Positions 40,701-52,700 of a stretch of 64,000 nt of DNA are shown in pieces. The DNA is from Mytilus edulis (taxonomy: Eukaryota), in assembly GCF_963676685.1 (NCBI RefSeq), contig NC_092348.1:64976001-65040000 (forward strand), in the 5' to 3' direction. Below the pieces are notes generated by a model. It did no database searches and had not been told where the DNA came from. It saw nothing but the letters and a program-made list of their open reading frames with translations. A program made the position numbers and the translations under genes. The stretch's first letter is position 1. Every line of letters begins with the position of its first letter.

Positions 40701-43700
40701 CTAAACTATATCAAAACCTGAAGCCGTGACGTTGTTCTTGACAGAGCAAAATCAAGCAAAAACAACTTTTATAAAAGATACTAGAGGGACCATCAAACTA
40801 ATAGATCGAAAATAAACAGACAACACCATGGCTATAATAGAAAAAGACAAACAAACAAATAAAGTTCACAAAAGGCACAACATAGAAAACTGAAGACTAA
40901 GCAACAGGAATCCCACCAAAAAATGGAGGTGATCTCAGGTTCTTCGGAAGGGTAAGCAGATCCTGCTCCACATGTGGCACCCGTCGTGTTGCCCATGTTT
41001 TTACAAATCCGGTAAATAGTCTAATTCGGTAGATCACATTTGTGAAAATATAGTATAGTACAGTACGTACAAATACGATGATAAGTTATAACGGTCGCAA
41101 ACTTTTTTTTCAACAGAGACGTTGCCATGTAGTTTTTTTTTAAACTAGAACAGTATCGAATATCGGCACTTCAACGTAATTTAAAATTTCAAAATTTCTG
41201 TTGTTATCCTTCAACAGAGAAGTTTTACCTGTTGATTTTTCTTCTGTTGTTTTGCAGCTTTAAAGTTGGTTTACGGTGATCGCTACTCGATCTTTGATAC
41301 TCTCAGGTTCGAAGTTTTTCAGTTTAGCACACAACGGACCAAAAATTCGTAAATTATGCAGAATGTTTATCTATATAGTTATCAAAGGTACCAGGATTAT
41401 AATTTAGTACGTCAAACGCGCGTTTCGTCTACATAAGACTCATCAGTGACGCTCATATCAAAATATTTATCAAACCAAACAAGTACAAAGTTGAAGAGCA
41501 TTGAGGATCCAAAATTATATATCTTGTAACTTTTATTGATTTATGCCTTCTTTTTATATAGATATTAGAATTCAAAATGTTTTTCACAGTTCATTATTTT
41601 ACTATTGAAAACTTACAATTTCAGGATTTCCTTGATTCATATCCAGTTGTGGCAATTCTTGACTTTGTTTTGTGTCGAGTGGAACACTAATTTTTGAACC
41701 TGAAGAATTACATTTAGACTTAATAATCAGAGTCGACTACCGTTATTAGTTCCTTTTTGTGTTCAATTAAAATTAATGCTAATATCCTCACCAGAAGCAC
41801 GGAAAATCTATAGAAGAAACTCTCAAAAATGAATAGCTAGATAGCTTAAGGAGACTACAAACATACAAGATCAACTTTATAGAAATGAAATAAATTTATA
41901 ATTTTTTTGTTCAAGAAGTAAAATATGCAATAGAACACATAGAAATACACTCAATTTGTATTATACAGACACCTTTAGAATGAGTAATAATCTTTTAATA
42001 ATTTGTTCAGAACCTTGCAGATGTATTGTAACCTTTGGCGTATAGCGACGTGTTAGGCTCCTTAGATTTCGACCATGAATGTACCCCATGAAGATTATTC
42101 CAGATACACGTGTTTTGTTTCATGTCATGGACCATGTGGTTATTATACGTTCATAGCACACAACTCGTGAACAAAGGCTAGTTCGGAAGAATTATTTCCT
42201 GCTACAACTACAAACCGACATATTAAAGCGTAAGGGAATATAAATGAAAATAACACTTAATGGAATTCCTGCATCTGGATCAGCATGAAGTCTTTTAAAT
42301 CTTGGGATGTTTGAATACCTACATATATAAATATAATGAGCTGTATGTATATCAATAAGTTAGGCATCAAACGGATAGCAAAACTCATTGAAGATAAACT
42401 TCGCATGGTAGAATATTATTTAGAATATCAGTCGAATCCCATCTCAACCGATAAAAGATAGTGCCATTTATCAAAAACAGACTTAAGCAGGTATATTGGA
42501 TATCGGATATGGAAGTTTCACATGATTCCAACCAGGCACCGATACTTGAAAAACCCAACATAAGATTTTCTTATAAGTAGCTTGCATATAATCATACCTT
42601 GATCCTTGAATTTTTCGTCGTTCAACAACAATCCAATTTTTGTTTTTATCGCTGAAATGTCCGATCTATCGCTTGGTTGTGTTTGTGTTAACCCTAGTAT
42701 TGCGTTGTGAACTTCGTTCGGGATACATGGCCACTTGTACAACTTCAGATGACTGAACAATATCTTTACATAAAAGAGGATACATGTTACTTGTGCCATT
42801 ATTATCTTGAAATACAACAGTATACCCAGAGCAACGTATGATAGTTTTGTTTAGTGATCAACTTCAAAACTAGATGTTTTTGTCCGTTCCAACTTTGTTC
42901 TGTCACTTTCTACATACATTTATCAATATTATCTTGTAACCATATATGGTTTAAACCCCAATTACCCCAACACAATGCCTGAAAGTTTCCCTGCGCAATA
43001 TGTTGAAAATGTAATGCCGGGATAATTTTGTATCGAATGTTAGTGCATTTGATGGTATTTTAATGTATTTCCCTTGTTCGGCGCTTTACACTGCATGTCT
43101 TACCAATGTTTTATACCTCTTGATATTAGATTCACTAACAAAACAGATATTACTTCTTTGTAAATTACTTTAAAAAGCGAATTTGCATTTTGCTGAATGT
43201 ATGAGCAGAATCTTCTCGTAAAATCTTACTTTCTAACCAATGTTCTAAAATGTTAAACTTATAATGTGTCTAACCTTTTTCATTGAATTTACAGCAAAAC
43301 TAATTTTTTTTTAAATATATATTTGTATTATATTACATAAATTTGAATATCATGTTATGCTTACGTATTCCAGAATTTGATCAGTTGGAGTATTATAAAC
43401 TTCTGTGTATGGATGACAACCACGAGTGAATACTTCATACACGACATTACCAAGCATCCATGCGTCTGTCCGTTTGTCAAACCTATCTTCTAAGATACTT
43501 TCTGGAGAAGACCAAAGGACTGGAATTCCTACAACTTCTATAACATAAATTTATACATTTCTATTCTTTTTAATTCCATGATAAGTCAGGTTGTTTTTAA
43601 TTCATAATTAATTGTATCTTGGTGATGACAATGGTAGAGATAATGGATTGCGGAAGTTTTTTTTTAATACAACTTGTTTTTGGTATTGCTCAGTATTTAG

Positions 43701-46700
43701 TTTTCCTTATTGTGTTTTGCAGACGGTTGTCTTTTGATCATTTTTGGTTTATTGCCATGTCATTTCATATTGTCAGTTTGTCTTCAATTAACGAGTTTGA
43801 ATATCTCTTTGGTATCAACCATCTGTATTTTGTCATAGTTCATTACTTTTTCGTGTAAAATTTTCTACGAATCTGTTTAAAGACCGCTACATATTCGTGT
43901 GAATTTTCCAAATAAGGAGCCATACCAATAGATGTATCGTATTTTGACGATATTTCATATTGGAGAATAACATAATGATGTTAGTTATTAATTAGTTTTT
44001 ACTTTTTATTTTACAATTTATCAATGGAAATGTTTTAGTAACAATATATGGGAGTGGTTATTTTCTACAAAAACAGTATTCTGATTCCCAGTTTGAAGAA
44101 AAATATTTAGATCAAAGATAAAGGAAATATTTTTTTTTTATAATCAACAAAATAATAAATAATGTGACGCTTGCGCTGTAAAGAAAGAATATAAAGAAAT
44201 ATTTATTTTAAAAGACTGTTTTTCAACTAAGAGGTACTTTTTGTTATGTATGTCGTTTATATCTGTACCGTGACGTCTAAAAAATCCCCTTTTATTCCTA
44301 CATATATAAGTTGATTTAACTACATGGATCATGTTTCTATAATGTCTTTATCAAATTTTTATGCTTGAAAATAGTTTCTCTCGTTTAATTTATTTTTATG
44401 ACTTTTACTGTCAATTGTCCGGTTGAACTCACTAGATAAATATTATAAACATTACATGTATTGGTTGTTCAATTGTCTCAAATGTAACAACAGATTATTG
44501 ATCGAAAGTTAAATGCCCGTTTTTAGTTTAATCTTGAAGTTTATTTCATTACCTCAGAACAACATCACGATTACGATCTTAACGTTCTATATCATTTTTT
44601 TTGGTGAAAAAATGTCAAAGTTGAGTTTTCATTGTTTTGAACTTCGCTTTCTGGAAGTTTTTTAATGATTAAGATAAAGAAAGAAATGAATATTTTAAAA
44701 TAGTATTTGAAAATGAAGGTATTTTAAATGATTCTAGAATTAAAATGTTATCAGTACTCATTACTTCATTTAAAAAACTTTTGGGTAATTTTTGTGTTTT
44801 TGTGGGTTGTTTGTTTTTGTAATGGCTGGCCAGCGATCAAAATGTTTGAATGTTTCTTTAATGACGTTAAAAAAATTAAAAAAAATATCCAAGGTATTTA
44901 CCTGAAATACTGCTGGTTTGACTAGTGGCAAGACTGAAGTCGTGTAAGAACACCGTCCTTCCTTCATGCCGTATGCTAAATGCTGAGCAGGTTAAATTTC
45001 TATGAATGATTTTGTGTTCATGTAAACATATCACAGCTTCTATAATGTCCACAACTAGTTCTAATAGTCGATGCGTCTGTAACTGATTTTCAACATGTCT
45101 ACTGTTCAATAAATAAGTTAAAAGATCGGGGTCTTTTGACTTTTCAGTCACATAAAACAACGGAATTGGCCGACACTGGAAGGCAAACAATTGCATTATG
45201 CACCGATGGGTTACACCTTCATGTAACGAATGGAGAACTTGTAGAGCACTGGTGTGACGATCAGTATCATACTTCTTTGATTTCCGTATATACTCATCCA
45301 CGTCGCCCTTCGAGAGTGCGTTTAGAGTCGGTAAAAGCATGTGCATAGTCACTATGGTAGAGTCTGCCAATGTTCCTTCATAATCCACCCACTCAGGTTT
45401 AAAATCCTCACCTAGTTCAACACTACTAATTCTTATTTTAAAATTGATTGGATGTAATTTTAAGCTGATTGTTTTGACAAACCTTTGTCTAATTTCATCT
45501 GATTTTACATCATGTTTACGTAATAAATATATGATGTTGACAATAATTTGTTGGCTGCTACTTAACAACAAAGGTTCTATCATGATCAGTAACCTTTTAC
45601 GTAGAGAAAGTCCAATTCTGTCATTGTCTAGGAAAAGATTCAAAATTTTTGCGAGTTTCCAACTCAATTGAGATGGTGTTCTTTGGAAGTCGACATCTGG
45701 AATAAATTAGATATCCATTGGACGTTTCTCTGTACTGATACATCCCGTCATTGTGTTATTGGGCTTTGGTAATTTTTTGTATTTTTGTTTTTCATTTTTG
45801 CTAATGTTCTTTGTCCATATGCCTTTTTGAGTTTCTTTGTTATATATGACGTGGCTTTTTACTTATACATTCTGTCATTGTGTTATTGTGCTCTGGTAAA
45901 TTCTTTTATTCTTGTCTTTCATATGTACCTATGTGCTTTATCTATATGCCTTTTTGTGTTTCTATAATACATATTTTTTTGTTTTTGTAGTGATTAAGAT
46001 TATAACACAACGTTGACTGATGTACCCATTTTTTTTCTTATATTTTTACCTATTATGTCTGTTTGTTTTGTTCACACATCGTTGTCAATATATTGGAGTT
46101 TTATGCGACTGTTATACAAGTGAAAGGTTTAGCTAGCTACTAAACCAGGTTTAACCCACCATTTTCTACATAAGAAAATGCCTTCACCCAGTCAGGATTA
46201 TGACAGTTCTTATTCGACCGTTTGATGTATTTGAGCTTTTGATTTTGCCATTTGATTAGGGACTTTCTGATTAGAATTTTTTTCGGCGTTCGGTATTTTT
46301 GTCATTTTAGATTTAAGAGATTTCCGTAGTATGCAAAACAATTAAAGCTCCCCCTCTATGTATAGCTTCAAAACCGCTAATATCTCCACACAGTTTATGT
46401 TTTTCGTCTATTCTTAAACACATATTGTGTATTTACCTGGTTATTTTCAAAACGAAGGTCTGACCGGTGGTATCGTAAATGTGTTTGAGTAGGAGATGAG
46501 TTGGGTACCAGAAATATTTCTGAATTTTCGGGATTTTTTTTTTATCAAGTTTTAAAGTGGACGACAAAAGATATGCAATGAACTCATATGATCTTACCTA
46601 TATCCTTTCCTAGTCTTAATAGTACTGTTTTAGTTACAAGATGAAGGACTGAAAATAAGACATCATTCATCTTTTGTTTTCGTCTTGCTTTTCTCAATGA

Positions 46701-49700
46701 TTGACGAATTAGCTGATCGAAAAATTCTATGATTTCCATATCCATTGTTTTCATCACCTAAAATATTCAAAACTTGTGTATAAACAAATAAAAATGTGCG
46801 AGTCTTTAAAAGGAGAGTTTTTATCTTTTTTTATTTGTTAAATACATTTAAGAAAGATTTAAGTCAAGCAAATTATTTGAGTTCATTCTATAATGTATTC
46901 TTTGTGTTGTCGTCTGATATTTATTTAAATAGCACCCATAGTTTTGCATTTGTTTCTACTGATGTAGTCAATCAAAGACTATAACTCGAACCGATTCAAG
47001 AGAACAGTCTTGACATAGTGTAAGTTTACATTATTACAAAGAAAGTGTCATTACTTTGCTTCGGGTTTTGACAAGCGTTTGGAGTGATTTTGTTTCTAGA
47101 ATAGCCACATTCCATCTTTTCGAGCACAATATGCAAGATAAAGGAGAGAAGATATTTAAATTATCCAGTGATCTAACAGCGGTACGGTACGAAATAACTT
47201 TTTTTCCAATTAAATGATAATAATATAAAACAAAATGCCAAGCATAATTTGCTAGATTAACCTCTGGTAGCTATCAACTGCTTGAGTTTAAAAAAAGATT
47301 TATCAATTATAAATTTTGATTTTATCTAAATAGTAAAATAGGATTTCAAACTTTATATTGTGACAGATTTTGTAGTTATAATATGAATAAACAGTTCATC
47401 GAACGCAAAATTTGAAAAATAAATTACTTTATCAGAGCAAACCGAAAACGTGACTTGTTTTCTCTTAACGATGAAGAAAGCTCTTTGAGTCATTTACAAC
47501 GTCATTTTTACTTTTAAAACCATTAAAATAACTAGTTACAAATGAACAATCTATCATAAAATTGATTGTTTATCAGGCTTACTGGTTCGACGCAATATAA
47601 GCATTTTTGTGCTGATGCGGTGAAAAGCAACCACCAATCTATCAATCAATCAATCAATCTAGAAACCATTCAATCAATCAAGAAACCATTCAATCAATCA
47701 ATACTAATTAGAAATATTTTCACTTGTGAATATTGACAGATACAAGTGAAGTAATAATTGTCAACTAACCAGATTTGCAACGAAAGCGAGGCACGTATAC
47801 TGTTCGAGGAAGCACATAGTGTTTTGGAAGTCTCGTAATATACGACTTCTATTTTCTTGGATCATCAACGCATCTTTTAAATTTCCAATTTTCAATGACG
47901 TTGATATTCCAACTCTTTGTTTGAAATCAACAAGGAGTACTAGAAGCGAATGTATCAAGCCTGATAATGCATCCTTATTCCCTGCTATGTGATTCGCTAC
48001 TAAGCTTCGCAAAGATTGGTCTGATTCTGCGCAGAATGATTCTATTTCACCTTTTACTTTCTCATGAAGCATAGTAATAGTCAATGTTGACAAATAAAGC
48101 ATAGACATAGTCTCCAGGACAACGGGTAACAAGTTTATCATGATATGAGAGTCTCCAAAATTAGCTTTCACTATTCCTATCAACCACTTTGCTGCTGTGA
48201 AGAGATCGTTCGCTCGTAAGCATCGGTTCATTATATTGTCTTCTAGTTGTAAATGGTTCAAGGTTACTATGATATTTTCCTGGATGTTATAATCTGCAAT
48301 CCCAAGTAGTGTTATCAACCCAAGATAATCCGAACTCATACGTAGTGACTTTAATGTTACATTCTGTATCTGTTTAATCAACTCTTTCTTTTCTTCTTCC
48401 CCAACAATGTAAAACCGTCTTTTCAGATTGTCTAGTGAATCGGTACGTACCAAAACTAATAAAGAACAAACCATTTTATTTAAGAATATTTTGGCAAAAC
48501 AAAACAAGTATCTCAGCTATTGAAAATAGTTTGCTTGTATGTCTTGTTACGACAAACAAAAATACTTCATTAATAAAGTTTTTTGTCTTAATGTAAAAAC
48601 AGTTATCTGTATCTTTCAATCAGTTCTTAAGTAGCAGAATACTAGAGTGTAACTCGTTTTTTATATGTATCGTGTTGCTCAATATTTTGTTTTCGGGGTT
48701 TGTTTTGTGAACCAATGTGTATTGTGCTGATAAGTAGAACTCTCATTGAATATTAAAATATATCAAAGAAAACGCTTGGATTATTATTATTATTCATCTA
48801 CATATTTGTGCCTTTCCTTCTATGAACGGTTAATTATTTTCTCATCGGTATCCTTAAACTTATCATGGGTGTTTTTAATAACAAAACATATTGATAAAGT
48901 GACGTTTGCGTACTTATTTTGAAGTGTGAATCATAGTTATATGTTTCTTTACTTGATTATCCATTTAGAAAAAAGTCTTTGGATAAACATTGGGTTCTTT
49001 AATATAATATTGTATACACCCCTGGGTGGATGTCACTGCTGGTGGACGTTTCGTCCCCGAGGGTATCACCAGCCCAGTAGTCAGCACTTCGGTGTTGACA
49101 CGAATATCAAATACGTGATCATTTTTATAAATTTCCTGTTTACAAAACTTTAAAATTTTCGAAAAACTAAGGATTTTCTTATCCCAGGAATAGATTACCT
49201 TAGCCGTATTTGGCACAACTTTTGGGAATTTTGGATCCTCAATGCTCTTCAACTTCGTACTTGTTTGGCTTTATAAATATTTTGACATGAGCGACACTGA
49301 TGAGTCTTATGTAGACGAAACGCGCGTCTGGCGTACTAAATTATAATCCTGGTACCTTTGATGACTGTATACAATCACAGTAACAACAAAAAATGCATTT
49401 TATATTCAAATAAAGGAATAAGAAAGAACTCATACATGAACGATTTCGCTTTGAATTAGTTATTTGGAGATATTATTAGTTTCTAGTTTCGGATTACATC
49501 AAAAGTTTATTGAATACGGATACAAACACTTCCGTATATTTTTGCGTAATAAAAGACGACCTTTAATCACATAGAAAAGTGTTTTACACTTAAATTTCGA
49601 TATGCAAGATTTATTTTTCATCTTCCTAAAAGAAAAAAAAATGTATAGAAACTGAATTTTAGCATATGAAATAAACGTCACTGTATCTGTTTTCATATAA

Positions 49701-52700
49701 AATGGAGTTCAAAATATTAACAATTTATACTATGGTTAATAGGTTAATATACATAATTAAGTGAAAACCTATTTTTGCCACATATCGGGATAACTTGATA
49801 AGTTTCTTATTTGTTGGAAATTATTTTCAAAATATTTAAACGCGCAAGGAAAAAAATTGAAATTTAGATTACCCGTTCTTTTATTTTTTTAGTTCACAAA
49901 AAACTCTGTATTTGTTGTATTTTCAAAAATATTAAAAAAAAAAACAACTCCCCAAAATTTAAAGTATTTGCACAGAGGTATCTATTCCTTTGCAAAACCG
50001 AGTGCATGAATAATTCAATAATTTTACTGTTTTCAAAAATTGTATGTATGTATGTCTTTAGAAATAGAGCAATATGAATAAAAAAATATGAGAGTTGTGC
50101 ATCAATGAGATTGCAACCAAACAACACACACACACACACACACACAAACAAACGAGCTTATCCAAGAAACTAATGAATATAATATTTTTAGTTTATATTC
50201 TAAATTGTTTAATTTTTTTAAATTTTTAAATCATATGATATAAAGGGACAAAGAAAACAATGACATTAAAAACAAGCAATAAATCCACGATGGGAGCTTC
50301 GATAGATGTTCAGAAGATGGAGGCTCAATTCATTTAACATTGGCAATCAACTTAAAGAAACTAACAGGAACAAATATATGAAGCGAATGAAAGTATAACT
50401 CCTGATCACGATATAAATACATATTTACAGATCGTGCCTTTTTGGAGTGTAAAATTGGATGATTCATCTAATTCCCCTCAACGCGATTTACATATATAGT
50501 AATTCTTACCAGATGGGAAGCAAGCTTTGGCCAAAAGGAAAGTCCCTCTATTATTTTCTCCTGGTTCTAATGTCGACGAATGAACGAACCCACAATGTGA
50601 ATGTTTGAAATGTCTTAGTTTCTTATAAGTTCCACCAATACTGTTGACGTCATCATAATCAGATGAGTGTTGTTTGTAGAATAATTCTTCGTTTCTTTCT
50701 CTATTATCAGAAAGAGTTGTTTTTACGTAAGACGCGATAGGTTCAGCATCGGTTATCTTAAACATTTTGAAATTGTGGAATATTTGTTTGGTTTGAAGTC
50801 CATGAAGATCACCAGATATGATCACCTTATTACTTACATCCTGTAAGTATCTCTTGATTTTTCGGATGTTTTGTTGTAGATGTTTACAGATAACCAGAAT
50901 GATGAAATCTGACTGTTCGACTACTCTCGGCACTTCTAAATTTATAACGTCTGCTTCTACAACGAAGTCTGTTGTCGACAAATCATGTTGCTCGAGAGCC
51001 AAATGGAGGTTAGACGCCCATGTACATCTGTCTAGCAGAAAACATCGCATCACACATACTTGGTGAGAATCCGTATTAATATAGCTTGAGCTTTCCATTG
51101 TACTATCTAGGCATGGTGTAGGTCTAACTTCGTCAGACTGTTCATCTTAAAAGAAATATTTCACACTGAAAATTCCACTATAAAAAATAACCATATCCAA
51201 ATCAATTTTGTTAACAAATAAAAAATACATCTTACAATAATATCAATCCCAAGGTAAACTATAAGTCTATTGAATTAACAGGTCAAGAATATATAATTAC
51301 ACATTGCATGTAAAGCGTGAAGAATATTTGAATAGTTAAGTATTGAATTGTTAAATGCTACGATTTGTTGTTAAGTTGTCAGATATAACCAGGAAGTCGT
51401 AGTCCGTGATTTTAAAGTATATAAAGAAATTAAATAGGTCTATACTTACATGAAAGTCACAATGGCCTTGGTTAGGAGGTTTTAATTTTTGTCGTAATAA
51501 TTTTCAATGCATTGAATGCCACTGTCCTTTTAAAGCATAATAGAGAAAATTTCGAATATATTTTTGTATATAATTATGCAATATTACACCTGAGTTTTTA
51601 CCTACTTTTACAATATTAGTATATATTTCCCACAAGTGATGATGCGAAGACTTTTCTAGGAAGTCGTTGAAAATTAGATGGTTGACCCAAGTGAGATGGG
51701 AAGTAGTACGGATTCTGAACAGTGATGATCAAAAACGAGAAGGATATATTTCGAGTAACTTTTTTGCAACACAGAATTGAGATGGCCACCAAAAGATCAC
51801 AGTTTTCTTACAAGACCTTCACGATTATTTTTTTTTGCAAGCAGATTGTTAAATGGAGAATTACCAATATAGCTCTACATTACGGGAAACCAGTTTCAGT
51901 ACTGTTTATAACGAAGGGTCGTCCTGAACATCCATAAACTATTTGAACCTTGACGTTACGCAATCAAAATTCAATCAGTTTAACTAAGGGAAACTAATAC
52001 TCTTGTAATTAATAACTCGCGAGTTTCAGCTCGAGAGTTTTAAACAATTAATCCATCACATATTTAGTAGTGCTGATTCTTTATATCAATGTTCGCGACA
52101 GAGTATATGCATACCAGTGACGTATACGTAATGGCGTAATAAAATTTGTTTGTTAGTTTATTGTGTCAATTTCATCATGCTTTACTTTTTCATGGCGGTC
52201 AATTATTATTGATCAGAAGGAACCACCGACCTTTAAAATATGAAATTTGCAAATCATTGAAAAATTAAGACAAGCATCCCAAACTGTAGAAATCCCCATT
52301 GGTAAAGTTGCAACATAAGGTTAAAAGTATATCCTTGAATAAATATACAATTACTCATATATTGTCGAGTTTCCTCTTTTGTCAGTACAAACCTATTATC
52401 ATGTCGGAATCTAAAGAGCATTCTCCAGGAACATAAAGCAAGCAATCCTTCATAGCTTTGTCATCATTCACACTAACTACGTCAGGTTCTTTTAACTCTT
52501 TTGCATTTTGAGGTATACAGACATCAACACTTGTTCGTTCTTTGCTTTCTTTAGTTTCGTTGTTTCCATTGTTTTCTGTTGAATTGTGTTTCCTTTCACG
52601 TCTGCGTGACGCTCCTTCATAATTGAAATTGGCATGGACATAACTTGCAAGACTGTCGACTTCAACAACCGGAAAATGTTTGAAATCTTCGGTATTTTCA

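Noticed and set aside
44269-44297. Possible micro-exon (GIKGDFLDVT) in the activation loop of kinase domain 1
   Set aside because: It ends in phase 0, incompatible with the next exon, while the direct 44902 to 43537 splice is in frame.
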